A stretch of DNA of 64,000 bases from Prochlorococcus sp. AG-355-B18 (GCA_003280965.1 QCDI01000005.1:60131-124130), one strand, 5' to 3'; shown: positions 53,925 through 63,578, numbered from the stretch's first letter. Program-made: numbers and translations. Notes: generated from the letters alone by a model not told the origin.

Positions 53925-54542
53925 ATGAAACTTAATCAAATAATTAATCTACATAAGGGGCTCACTGCATTTGTAGTGATAGGTCTTATGATTTTTTTTG
54001 ATAATTTTACGATCGCTCCTTACGTTTATTTAGCTCTGCATGGTACTTATGGATTACTTTGGCTTCTAAAAGAAAAGATATTCCCAGATCCTTATTTTAA
54101 AGAAAAAATCAATTTTTTAACTTCAGTTACTGGTTTTATTTTCCTTGGAAGTTACTGGGTAGCTCCCTACATTCTTATCTCATCTCAGAAATCTGTTCCA
54201 AATATCGTAATAGCTGCATCTGTATCTATAAATATAATTGGTGTGTTTCTACACTTTGCTAGTGATGCCCAAAAATATTTTTCTCTTAAATTAAAAAAAG
54301 ATCTAATTAAAGAAGGATTTTTCAAAAATATAAGAAATACAAATTATCTAGGAGAAATACTAATTTATCTATCATTCGCCATACTTTCAATGAGTTTCAT
54401 ACCATTAGTAATTCTTGCAATATTTTTCTCTATAGTTTTTCTACCAAGAATGATAAAAAAAGATAAATCGCTCTCAAAATATGATTCATTCGAAGAATAT
54501 AAAAAGAAAAGTGGTCTTATATTGCCTAAATTAAATGCCTGA
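53925..54542 (+). CDS. Membrane protein of the ICMT/steroid-5-alpha-reductase/DUF1295 superfamily
   Basis: Multi-TM; SDAQK, LI.EGFF..IRN.NYLGE motif. Confidence 0.75.
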   Translation: MKLNQIINLHKGLTAFVVIGLMIFFDNFTIAPYVYLALHGTYGLLWLLKEKIFPDPYFKEKINFLTSVTGFIFLGSYWVAPYILISSQKSVPNIVIAASVSINIIGVFLHFASDAQKYFSLKLKKDLIKEGFFKNIRNTNYLGEILIYLSFAILSMSFIPLVILAIFFSIVFLPRMIKKDKSLSKYDSFEEYKKKSGLILPKLNA

Positions 54543-55086
54543 TAACAACTTACCCAGTTGGAGACAAGATTTAAAATCTTCTAGAAAAAAAGAGGGCAAA
54601 TCACCCTCTAATAGATGGATACAGCTTGCAACAGTAAGCGAAGAAAATGAGCCAAGATTAAGAACAGTTGTTTTCAGAGGATGGCATAAAGATAGTTCAA
54701 TGATTATTTTTACAGATAGAAGAAGTGAAAAAATTGGGCATTTAAAATCCAACCCTAATGCAGAAATATTATGGTTCTTTTTGAAAACCAAATCACAATA
54801 TAGATTCAAAGGAAAAATACATGAATTAAGTGATAATAAAAATTATTGGGATTTATTATCAGAAAAATCAAAATCTTCTTGGTTTTGGGGATCTCCTGGA
54901 AAGAAAATAAAGCCAAAAGTCCAATCTGCTTTTGAAATAATATCCAATTTTCCAAAGTCAGAAAATTTTGTAGTTCTAAATTTTGAAATCGTTTCAGTAG
55001 ATCTTCTTAAATTAGAACAGCCTGTTCATAAAAGATATCTTTGGGAAAAGAGTAAGAAATGGGAAAAAGTTGAAATTAATCCTTAA
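54535..55086 (+). CDS. Pyridoxamine-5'-phosphate-oxidase-like FMN-binding protein
   Basis: QLATV...PRLRTVVFRG, TDRRSEK, QYRF.G. Confidence 0.85.
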   Translation: MPDNNLPSWRQDLKSSRKKEGKSPSNRWIQLATVSEENEPRLRTVVFRGWHKDSSMIIFTDRRSEKIGHLKSNPNAEILWFFLKTKSQYRFKGKIHELSDNKNYWDLLSEKSKSSWFWGSPGKKIKPKVQSAFEIISNFPKSENFVVLNFEIVSVDLLKLEQPVHKRYLWEKSKKWEKVEINP

Positions 55087-55160
55087 ATATTTCTAAATTG
55101 TATATTTAGGTTGAAAAACATATAGTGATCAGTCAGTTTTAAAAAAGAAGTATTATTAAT

Positions 55161-55334
55161 ATGAATTTCTCAGAAATTCCAGAAAACCCTTTTATTTTTT
55201 TATCTTGGGTGACAGCTATAGGGCTATTTATAAGTCTATCTGAAGCAACAATTAAGATAAAACTTGAGAAGAGAAACAGTTACAGGAAAAGGTTAGAACT
55301 AATAAATAACCTTTATCCTAAAAAATTAGCTTGA
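55161..55334 (+). CDS. Putative 57-aa single-TM protein (not in ORF track)
   Basis: Hand translation MNFSEIPENPFIFLSWVTAIGLFISLSEATIKIKLEKRNSYRKRLELINNLYPKKLA; fills the gap and overlaps the DoxX stop. Confidence 0.5.
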   Translation: MNFSEIPENPFIFLSWVTAIGLFISLSEATIKIKLEKRNSYRKRLELINNLYPKKLA

Positions 55335-55877
55335 AGTATCTGAGAGTATGTTTGCTTGCAAAAATTGAAATAAGCCACCTTTACTTGTTTCTTCTTTAAA
55401 TTCGGTTTCCTTCAAATTTTTTGATTTTGTTGAAGGAATAATTACCTCTTCATCCTCTGATTTCAAAATTCTGATAATGACTTCATCTAAGGAGAAATTA
55501 CCAGGTCCTGTTAATGCAATTGAAGTTGCTGAAGCGAAATATAAAAGTAAAAGCTCTAGTAAGAAGATATTAAAACCTGAAGTAACAAGTGCATGATATA
55601 TAGCCACAGAAATTGTTCCCACAATTGCCAAAGCCCCAAATCTTGTAGCTAAGCCAATAATTAGTAGCCAACTACCACCAATTTCAGAGAATGCCGCTAT
55701 GTATGATAAAAATATTGGGAATGGAAGATGTAAAGGTCTGACAAAAGCATCAGCGAAATTTTCTATATTTGCCAATTTCTCATAACCGTGATGAATAAGA
55801 ACGGTCCCAGTTATAACTCTAAGAATTAATAAAGCAGTATCTTTGCTAAACGACTTGGTAAGAATTGTTGAAAGCAC
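55326..55877 (-). CDS. DoxX-family membrane protein
   Basis: LILRV..G.VLIHHGYEK, E..G..LL..GL.TR, GPG.FSLD. Confidence 0.88.
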   Translation of the reverse strand: MLSTILTKSFSKDTALLILRVITGTVLIHHGYEKLANIENFADAFVRPLHLPFPIFLSYIAAFSEIGGSWLLIIGLATRFGALAIVGTISVAIYHALVTSGFNIFLLELLLLYFASATSIALTGPGNFSLDEVIIRILKSEDEEVIIPSTKSKNLKETEFKEETSKGGLFQFLQANILSDTSS

Positions 55878-56013
55878 AATAAAAAAATTATCCTTAAGTA
55901 AAAATAACTAGTCACAGTGTCCATCGTGGATTAAACCGCAAAAGTCGCGTCTAATTAAGTATTTATACTTAGCGCCCTAATAAATTCTTTTTCTGATTAG
56001 GAATTCAACTAAG

Positions 56014-57168
56014 TTAAAAATTATTTTTTGAATAATTTTCTAATATCCTCTGATTGATTTTCGGGATATTTTCTTTAAATTTGAAAAACCCTTTTTTGGC
56101 GAATTTCCAAGCAAATAAATCTTCATCTCTAACAAGGTTAAAAATTTTTTTATTGTGTAAATTTTTAAACTCAGTTATGAAATCATAATTTTCTCCCACT
56201 CCAGGATAAATAATGTCTATTTGGTTGGTATTTTTAAAAGTATTTTCCAGTGAATAGGAATCAATCTGCTCAACATTATCAAAATCCTCGACAAATTCAG
56301 AGACCAAATCTTGTTTAAATTTCAAAACAGATTCAGACAATTTAATTTGTCTTTGTTCATTTTTTAAAAGAATAATAAATACTTTTTTATAGCTTGTAAT
56401 TAAATTTTTAAGAGTTGCAAGGTGCAGATCATTTTCAAACATAATCAGATTATCTGATTTAGGATACATATCATTTTTATAAATCTCATCTTCTAATGGT
56501 ATTTGATTAGATTCTTCAAGAAAAATTTGTTGATTACTGATTTTTTCTGCATTAAATCTATTATTTGAAAATTTTCTGAGGTTTGATGATGAAAAAAGAT
56601 ATTGTTTTCCCTTCGTTTGCAATCCTCCGACCCATCTCCAACTAAGGAGATTAGATGCAGCATCTCCATCAAAAAGATATTTAAAGAAAAACTTTGCTCC
56701 CAATTGCCATGGAAGGCCTAAATTAAAGATCCAAGTACTCGCAAACCACATTCTTGTATGGTTATGCAAATAGTTGTACTGCTTTAATTCATGGACCCAA
56801 GAATTAAAAAAATCTAATTCTGTATTGCCATTAATTGCACTTTCATATAGCTCATAATCAAAATCGAGATTGTTTGCTGAAATAAAATTTCTCCATACTT
56901 TAGGTCTATTTTCCATCCACCCTTTCCAGTAAACTCTCCAAAATATTTCTTCAACAAATTTTGTTGAATTTTTGATTTTGTACTTACTTTTAATATCATG
57001 AATCAGATCATATTCCGATAAAATTCTATGACTAATAAAAGGCGATAATCTTGAAACTGAACTTTCGTTATTTGGCCCAAAATCAAAATTTCTTAATTTT
57101 GCATAATCATTAATTTTGCATTTCGCAAAATTTTCCCAGCTATTTTGAGCTTTTAATAAAAATGACAT
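56014..57168 (-). CDS. Photolyase-family protein with inverted domain order (ATG 57168 preferred to TTG 57216)
   Basis: FAD-domain motifs SRLSPF, EIFWR, YLHNHTRMWFAS, DGDAASN..SWRW all in the N-terminal half. Confidence 0.88.
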   Translation of the reverse strand: MSFLLKAQNSWENFAKCKINDYAKLRNFDFGPNNESSVSRLSPFISHRILSEYDLIHDIKSKYKIKNSTKFVEEIFWRVYWKGWMENRPKVWRNFISANNLDFDYELYESAINGNTELDFFNSWVHELKQYNYLHNHTRMWFASTWIFNLGLPWQLGAKFFFKYLFDGDAASNLLSWRWVGGLQTKGKQYLFSSSNLRKFSNNRFNAEKISNQQIFLEESNQIPLEDEIYKNDMYPKSDNLIMFENDLHLATLKNLITSYKKVFIILLKNEQRQIKLSESVLKFKQDLVSEFVEDFDNVEQIDSYSLENTFKNTNQIDIIYPGVGENYDFITEFKNLHNKKIFNLVRDEDLFAWKFAKKGFFKFKENIPKINQRILENYSKNNF

Positions 57169-57445
57169 TTTCTGATAACTGTAAAAAATTTTTTTTTGTA
57201 TTGATAGAAATTTCAAAAATTTGTCTGCAAATTAATCCTTAAAATTTTCTATTTAACTTTTAAGTAAATATGTTTGATTGAAGTATTTAATTTAAACTCC
57301 TTATTCGTACATTTTATACTCTTAAATTGCTCTCTGCGTAGGAGGATATTTAGTGTTCAATTACTTTTTAAATCTAATTTTAATTTTCAAATCTTTATTT
57401 AAATGATTTTTTCTAAAAGGTTTTTAAATATTTATCAAAATTATT

Positions 57446-58195
57446 ATGAATAATTTATTAGTGAGAGATGTTAAGTATCTAGATGAACAATACAGAATAG
57501 GTGAAGGCATAATTTCGGATGGTGCATTTAAGCAACTTGAAAAGCTCTTTATTCATGTTGATCCAGAACTTGACTACTTTAATCAAAAAAATAATAAACT
57601 TTTGCCAAAATTAGCTAAAGAAAACTATAAAAGATTTTTGAAAAGTTTATTAACAAAAACAAGATTAAGTATACAACCAAAAATTGATGGCTGTGCTATT
57701 GCAATTAGATATAGAGATGGCAATTTTAATAAAGCTATTACAAAAAAAGGATTAGATGTCTCAAGTAAAATTAAACAAATTAAAAATGTCCCCGATTGTA
57801 TTCCTATCAAACGAGATTTTCAAATTAGAGGTGAACTATACGCTACAAACCAAGTTGCCGGCATTTCCCAAAGAATTACAAGAAAATACCTCAATGATAA
57901 GAAGGGGATTGGAGAAAGTCTCCGCTTTTGTTGTTTCCAAATACTTAATGGAAGAATTAATCAATACGAAACCCTTAACTATCTTAAAAAATGTGGCTTC
58001 AGCACCCCTGACAGTTACTTCACAAATAATACAAGCGAAATCCAAATATATAAAAAAAATTGGTTAGAGAGAAAAATATTTGCGAAATATCCAACTAATG
58101 GGATAGTCATTAAAATAAATAGTAGGAAATTACAGTTACTTAGAGAGAATAGTTTATCTCAAAATAAAGAATGGCAATATGCAATTGAAAAATAA
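57446..58195 (+). CDS. Stand-alone NAD-dependent DNA ligase adenylation-domain protein
   Basis: QPKIDG (motif I), QIRGELY (III), NGIVIK (IV-like); no OB, Zn-finger, HhH or BRCT domains. Confidence 0.8.
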   Translation: MNNLLVRDVKYLDEQYRIGEGIISDGAFKQLEKLFIHVDPELDYFNQKNNKLLPKLAKENYKRFLKSLLTKTRLSIQPKIDGCAIAIRYRDGNFNKAITKKGLDVSSKIKQIKNVPDCIPIKRDFQIRGELYATNQVAGISQRITRKYLNDKKGIGESLRFCCFQILNGRINQYETLNYLKKCGFSTPDSYFTNNTSEIQIYKKNWLERKIFAKYPTNGIVIKINSRKLQLLRENSLSQNKEWQYAIEK

Positions 58196-58303
58196 TATTA
58201 AATAGTACCTTCAAAAAGAGCTCACGATACTGATTTCTAGTATTTAGATTGGGAAAGTAAATAAATTTTGGTTAAATTCCAAAGCAATTTGCAAGATTCC
58301 TAA

Positions 58304-59233
58304 ATGACTGCCACTATTTCAAGACCTAAAATCTCTAACTGGGGAACATCTAATATTCCAAACCTTAAAGGCAAAACAGCATTAATTACTGGTGCTAATA
58401 GTGGTCTTGGATACTACACCGCAAAGGCCTTAGCCGCAAAAAATGCTCATGTTGTCATAGCTTGTAGATCGCTTGAAAAAGCTAATCAAACCATCATAAA
58501 ACTCAAAGTTCTTCATCCTGAAGGAATATTTACGCCTTTAGAATTAGATTTGTCAGATTTAAAAAATGTTGTTGAAGTTCAATCCAAAATTTTTGATGAT
58601 TTTGAAAATTTGGATTTACTAATCAATAATGCAGGTATTATGCATCCGCCTAAAACACTTAGTGCCCAAGGATATGAAATACAATTTGCAGTTAATCATC
58701 TAGCTCACATGCTTTTGACCCTAAAGTTACTTCCAATTATTGAAAAAAAAGAAGAATCGAGAATAGTGACGGTTACTTCTGGAGCACAATTTTTTGGCAA
58801 AGTTGGTTGGGGAAATCTGAAAGCCGAGAATTATTACAATAAATGGGAATCTTACTCCAATAGCAAATTGGCGAATGTAATGTTTGCTTTGGAACTAAAT
58901 GAGAACTTAAAACACAAAAATATACTTTCTCTAGCTGCTCACCCAGGAATTGCAAAAACAAACCTCTTTACTGCCCAAAAACCTAAACCTAGTCCAATAG
59001 AAACATTCTCCTTGGAATTATTTAGCCCTATTTTTCAATCTGCTGAAATGGGTGCTTTACCTCAACTTTTTGCAGCTACTTCACCAGATGCTAGAGGCGG
59101 CGACCATTATGGCCCTAAATTTAATTTCAGAGGTCATCCAAAACTATCCCCTACTTCTCCTTTCGCCATTAATAAAAAAGAAAGAAAAAATTTATGGGAA
59201 AAAAGCCTTGAAATACTTAGTAACTTTTTATAA
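58304..59233 (+). CDS. Short-chain dehydrogenase/reductase (retinol-dehydrogenase-like)
   Basis: TGANSGLG, LINNAG, YSNSK, HPG. Confidence 0.92.
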   Translation: MTATISRPKISNWGTSNIPNLKGKTALITGANSGLGYYTAKALAAKNAHVVIACRSLEKANQTIIKLKVLHPEGIFTPLELDLSDLKNVVEVQSKIFDDFENLDLLINNAGIMHPPKTLSAQGYEIQFAVNHLAHMLLTLKLLPIIEKKEESRIVTVTSGAQFFGKVGWGNLKAENYYNKWESYSNSKLANVMFALELNENLKHKNILSLAAHPGIAKTNLFTAQKPKPSPIETFSLELFSPIFQSAEMGALPQLFAATSPDARGGDHYGPKFNFRGHPKLSPTSPFAINKKERKNLWEKSLEILSNFL

Positions 59234-59494
59234 ATTTTTCATTTTTACTAACTTTAGAAAATACTTTAAGATATGTAATTCACTCTCTGAGAGTTTCATA
59301 AATTCTATTAAGGCATCATAATTTTTTTCATCAATTTTTTTTGACAATTGAATAAAACTATCATGGTTTTCATTAACAAAGCGTTCAGCAATCTGAGACG
59401 GAGTTAAACCCTGTTCAATTAATTCACCTGGAGCATTTTTCTCCCACTTTTCATAAAACCAAGAGAACCAATATTTTGCAGTATTATCTTCCAT
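59228..59494 (-). CDS. Hypothetical protein
   Basis: 88-aa ATG ORF filling the gap, protein-like composition. Confidence 0.7.
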   Translation of the reverse strand: MEDNTAKYWFSWFYEKWEKNAPGELIEQGLTPSQIAERFVNENHDSFIQLSKKIDEKNYDALIEFMKLSESELHILKYFLKLVKMKNL

Positions 59495-59594
59495 TAATTA
59501 ATTTTTCTTTGGCGAATTCTATAAATACTAAAGAAAGATCTCATGATTGAATTAACCCTTAAACACAATTAATATAAATGCAATTATAAATTTA

Positions 59595-61031
59595 ATGATA
59601 GATAATAATCATTCAAGTAAAAGAAAAAATATTAATCTTGTAATTGGATTAGGTAAATCTGGATTTTGGGCTGCCAAGTATTTGAGAAGCATCAATAAAA
59701 GAGTAATTGTTTGGGAAAGTAAAGATGGGATAGAACTTTTAGAAAGAAAAACAGAATTGGAGGAACTTGACATACTAGTTTCTCTGAATAAAGAATTTGT
59801 ATTTGCAGAAATTCAACCTTTTGTGAAAGAGATTGAATCTGTAGTTGTAAGTCCATCAATACCTTATGACCATAAAACTATTATTGAATTAAAACAAAAG
59901 AGAATTAAAGTAATTGGAGAAATTAATGTTGCATGGGAAATTTTAAAAGACACAAATTGGATAGGTATTACTGGTACTAATGGCAAGACCACTGTTACTC
60001 ATTTACTAAGCCATATACTCTGCAATAGTGGTTTGTATGCGCCTTTTGCTGGAAATATTGGTACACCTTTATGTAAATATGCTTACTCCAAAAAACACGA
60101 AAAAATTGATTGGGTTGTAGCTGAATTAAGCAGTTATCAAATAGAAATATCTCCAGAAGTAAAACCTAATATTGGAATCTGGACAACCTTCACAGAAGAT
60201 CATCTTGAAAGACATAAAACACTTGAAAACTATTTCAACATAAAAAAAAGCTTGCTAGAAAAATCAGATTTTAGAATTTATAATTATGACGATAAAAACC
60301 TAAGAAATTACTACAGTGCTCTATCAAGAGGGGTTTGGATAACAACTAATTTCGATAAATCAAATTTAATTCAATGCGATTATTGGATAGATGATCAAGA
60401 ATACATTGTTGAAAGAGGAAAGAGACTATTCAAACTTGAACATTTTTCTTTAAAAGGAATGCATAATCTTCAAAATCTTTTATTGGTAATAGCAGCAGCA
60501 AGAAAAGTTGGATTAACTGGAAAGAAAATTAAAGATTCTTTATCTAATTACAAACAATTACCCCATAGGATGGAAACAATTTATAAAAATAATGATCTGG
60601 AAATAATTAATGATAGTAAAGCTACAAATTTTGATTCATCTATTGCAGGAATAAGTTCGATTCAAGGTCAAATAATAATAATTGCTGGGGGTAGATTAAA
60701 AGGTAATGAATATAGTGAGTGGATAAAAGTCTTAAAGAAAAAAGTTAAATGTGTTTTCCTTTTTGGAGAAAGCTCAAAAGTCCTAAAAATGGCGCTTATT
60801 AATGAAGGATTTAAAAAACATATTTTTGAATTTTCAGAACTTAAAGAGCTTTTAAATTGTGTTTTTCATTATTTACAAAATAATAGAGTTGGAACCTTAT
60901 TATTCTCACCTTCATGCTCTAGTTTTGATCAATTTAAAAATTATGAAGAGCGTGGAGATTATTTCAAGAAACTAATAAGTGAAAAATTAAAGGTTAATAA
61001 ATCCATTTTTTATTCAAATATCAATTCGTAA
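59595..61031 (+). CDS. murD: UDP-MurNAc-L-Ala:D-Glu ligase
   Basis: [43 protein letters not shown]. Confidence 0.96.
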   Translation: MIDNNHSSKRKNINLVIGLGKSGFWAAKYLRSINKRVIVWESKDGIELLERKTELEELDILVSLNKEFVFAEIQPFVKEIESVVVSPSIPYDHKTIIELKQKRIKVIGEINVAWEILKDTNWIGITGTNGKTTVTHLLSHILCNSGLYAPFAGNIGTPLCKYAYSKKHEKIDWVVAELSSYQIEISPEVKPNIGIWTTFTEDHLERHKTLENYFNIKKSLLEKSDFRIYNYDDKNLRNYYSALSRGVWITTNFDKSNLIQCDYWIDDQEYIVERGKRLFKLEHFSLKGMHNLQNLLLVIAAARKVGLTGKKIKDSLSNYKQLPHRMETIYKNNDLEIINDSKATNFDSSIAGISSIQGQIIIIAGGRLKGNEYSEWIKVLKKKVKCVFLFGESSKVLKMALINEGFKKHIFEFSELKELLNCVFHYLQNNRVGTLLFSPSCSSFDQFKNYEERGDYFKKLISEKLKVNKSIFYSNINS

Positions 61032-61117
61032 TTTTCAGGTCGGTCATCACAACCGTCTCCCCTCTAGCAAATATTCACTTAATTAGTTAAATTTTAAGTA
61101 CAAATTAAAAACTAGCA

Positions 61118-61432
61118 ATGAGTGAATCTAACAATTTACCTCAAGCAATAAGTCATAAAAAATTAAGTTATTTGATGCTTAAGGCACAAAAAGATTCTCA
61201 TTTTTCTGATGAATTAGCAGAAATAGAAAGCCCAGAAAAAAGAGAATTTGAAGAGTTAATAAACAATTGGGAATCTTCAACTAAGAGAGTAGTTAATGAG
61301 TTATCAAAAAGAAAAGAGAACTTACTAAAAGATAAATCACCAAATTCTTTAATTGCTCTTGGTGCTATGGAAGTTCACCTTAACATGGCTTTGCAAGCCT
61401 TAAATGCATTTAATAAAGGAGTAGATGGGTAA
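61118..61432 (+). CDS. Conserved hypothetical helical protein
   Basis: 104-aa ATG ORF, C-terminal LIALGAMEVHL.MA.QAL. Confidence 0.75.
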   Translation: MSESNNLPQAISHKKLSYLMLKAQKDSHFSDELAEIESPEKREFEELINNWESSTKRVVNELSKRKENLLKDKSPNSLIALGAMEVHLNMALQALNAFNKGVDG

Positions 61433-61447
61433 AAGAAAAAAAATTAA

Positions 61448-62179
61448 CTATAAAGAAGGCATCGAAAATAACAGAAAATCTAGCTCCTTTTCAGTATCTA
61501 TAGAGACATCATCATAATCATTCACTTCAAATCCCAAGCCATCTCCAGACTCGAGACATATATTTGAGTTGGAGTCTTTGCTTTTTAATAAAAGATTACC
61601 TTCTATTATTTGTATCCAATTATATTTATCGATTTTTAATGGCAATTTTTTTTCTTTAATAGGTTTATATTTACAACGCCATAAAGAGATATTTTGATTT
61701 AGAAAAAGCTTATTATTTTGACCGTTTTTGTAATTAAAAATAAGATTGTCCCACAACTTTTCATTTAATGAAATTTGATCATATCGAGGTTTGATATCTT
61801 CTTTTTGAGGATATATCCAAATCTGGAACAATTTACAGATCTCATTTTCTTCATTTTTCTCGCTATGAGAGATTCCTGTACCTGCAGACATAACTTGCAC
61901 TTCATCTTTGTAAATTTTTCCAAGGTTGTTTAAAGAGTCTCTATGAGTTATTGCTCCTTTTATTACGACAGTAATTATTTCCATATTTGCATGAGAATGC
62001 TCATCAAAGCCTGCATTAGGAGAAATAATATCTTCGTTTATAACTCTTATTTTCCCAAAATTATCCCATTTTGGATCTCTATGCTCCGCAAAAGAGAATG
62101 AATGCATCGAATTTAGCCATTCTCTATTTGATCTAAATCTTTCATACGATTTCCTTATTTTAATTATTTTCAAAGACAT
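61448..62179 (-). CDS. Pirin-family (YhhW-like) bicupin
   Basis: HSFSFA, RVINED, GF..HSH..MEI, H.DSL, MSAGTGI.HSE.N, FQIW. Confidence 0.92.
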   Translation of the reverse strand: MSLKIIKIRKSYERFRSNREWLNSMHSFSFAEHRDPKWDNFGKIRVINEDIISPNAGFDEHSHANMEIITVVIKGAITHRDSLNNLGKIYKDEVQVMSAGTGISHSEKNEENEICKLFQIWIYPQKEDIKPRYDQISLNEKLWDNLIFNYKNGQNNKLFLNQNISLWRCKYKPIKEKKLPLKIDKYNWIQIIEGNLLLKSKDSNSNICLESGDGLGFEVNDYDDVSIDTEKELDFLLFSMPSL

Positions 62180-62260
62180 AAATTTTCAGAAATAAGTATA
62201 GTGAAATTGTGTAAATTTAATACCTTTGAAAATTATAAATTTTGAATAATAAATTACTTT

Positions 62261-62389
62261 TTATATATTAATTTTACTTTGTGCTTTATTTGCTTTATAG
62301 ATTATTTTTTTTGCTTCTTCTCTTGTAGAACATTTTTCCGCCTCAACATTTAAGTTTTTTAGTTTATTTAATTGCTTTGAAATTTTCAT
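62261..62389 (-). CDS. Putative 42-aa basic helical protein (not in ORF track)
   Basis: Hand translation MKISKQLNKLKNLNVEAEKCSTREEAKKIIYKANKAQSKINI; same strand as both neighbours. Confidence 0.55.
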   Translation of the reverse strand: MKISKQLNKLKNLNVEAEKCSTREEAKKIIYKANKAQSKINI

Positions 62390-62471
62390 ATAAGTTTAAA
62401 TCACCAAATAGAATTTAACACATATTTAATAGAATAGCTAAAAATACCAGTTTGCATTTGAGCCTTCCTAA

Positions 62472-63008
62472 CTAAAAATAGGATTGGAGGAGGGAATTAT
62501 CGGAACAGTATAGAGGATGTATTGGATTATCTTTGATTGTTTTTTTAATAAAAAGTGGTCCAAGAGGTTTACCAAAATTATTTTTCCTAATTAAATTATA
62601 TTGCATTATTTTTTTTGCTATTTTTTTATTTCTATTTAGAAATTTCCCTTTATTACCCCAACCTAACCATAAATCGCAATTTTTATTTTCAGACCAGTGT
62701 TTTAAGTTTTTATAAATATAATTATTGTTTAAATAACCAACAGGGTTTTTATGATTAAAAAGCCTTTCTGGATTACTTGAAATTAGAGCAAATAGATTGA
62801 TTAATATTACTTTGCCATAATTATTATTTTTCGAAATTTTGATAATCTTTTTTGTTGTATTATCTAAAAAAAATTCATCCGATAATGAGGGATTTAAACC
62901 AATAAAAATTATTTCCTTTGTAGATTGAGAAATCTTATAACTTAAACTCCATCTATATAGTTTGTTAGCACTTATTAAACAATTTCTTTCTAAAAAAAAT
63001 TTTTTCAA
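62472..63008 (-). CDS. DUF1643-family protein
   Basis: YRW.L, FIGLNPS, D.T, NLFA...P, WG, P.HPLY. Confidence 0.85.
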   Translation of the reverse strand: MKKFFLERNCLISANKLYRWSLSYKISQSTKEIIFIGLNPSLSDEFFLDNTTKKIIKISKNNNYGKVILINLFALISSNPERLFNHKNPVGYLNNNYIYKNLKHWSENKNCDLWLGWGNKGKFLNRNKKIAKKIMQYNLIRKNNFGKPLGPLFIKKTIKDNPIHPLYCSDNSLLQSYF

Positions 63009-63490
63009 CCTAAACCTATGCCTCTAGCCATAAGAGTGGCAAACAAAGGGATTGTTGCAAAGCCCACCAATTCAGTAGTAATGATGAGTCTGAACCTCTT
63101 AACTAGATTCTCAGATATTTCAGGTAATTTATTCTTACTTAATGGAATGGCCCATAAGATATAGGTTGTTGTTGGGTATAAAGAAAGTAATCCCACCAGA
63201 ATATAAAGAGAAACCTTAATCCAAAACACAGGATTACCTGTATAGAAATCACCTCCTTGACCAAAATACTTAACACGCAAAATCCCAGTAACTAATATTG
63301 CAACTCCTGCCAAACCATAAACTACATCTGCAATTATCATTGAGATGGTCTCATTTCTATTAAGACCTACTTTGAGAGTCAATCTTTCAAACAAAAGTGA
63401 ACCGAAACACAATATAATTCCTAAATAATGAACATATGCTACTAATGCACTTTTAGCAATTTCACCTGTGAATAAAGTTCCTAATAACAT
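63005..63490 (-). CDS. DUF2214-family membrane protein
   Basis: AYVHYL, D..YG..G, TG.LR, NP.FW.K, SLYPT, A.LMARG. Confidence 0.85.
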   Translation of the reverse strand: MLLGTLFTGEIAKSALVAYVHYLGIILCFGSLLFERLTLKVGLNRNETISMIIADVVYGLAGVAILVTGILRVKYFGQGGDFYTGNPVFWIKVSLYILVGLLSLYPTTTYILWAIPLSKNKLPEISENLVKRFRLIITTELVGFATIPLFATLMARGIGLG

Positions 63491-63578
63491 TTTCTAGTCA
63501 AAATTTATACAATACTAACCACCAAATAAAGAATTTGTTTAGAAAATAGATTAAACAATAAAAAGTACGGTATTGAAT

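Noticed and set aside
57305..57320. CGTACATTTTATACT between photolyase and ligase-like gene as a LexA or NtcA box
   Set aside because: Spacing is one base off for both (GTA-N7-TAC; five bases between GTAC-like halves)
57756..58067. 103-aa alternative-frame ORF inside the ligase-like gene, considered as a frameshifted ligase continuation
   Set aside because: The main frame already carries motifs III-V across this span and the alternative frame shows no OB or HhH similarity
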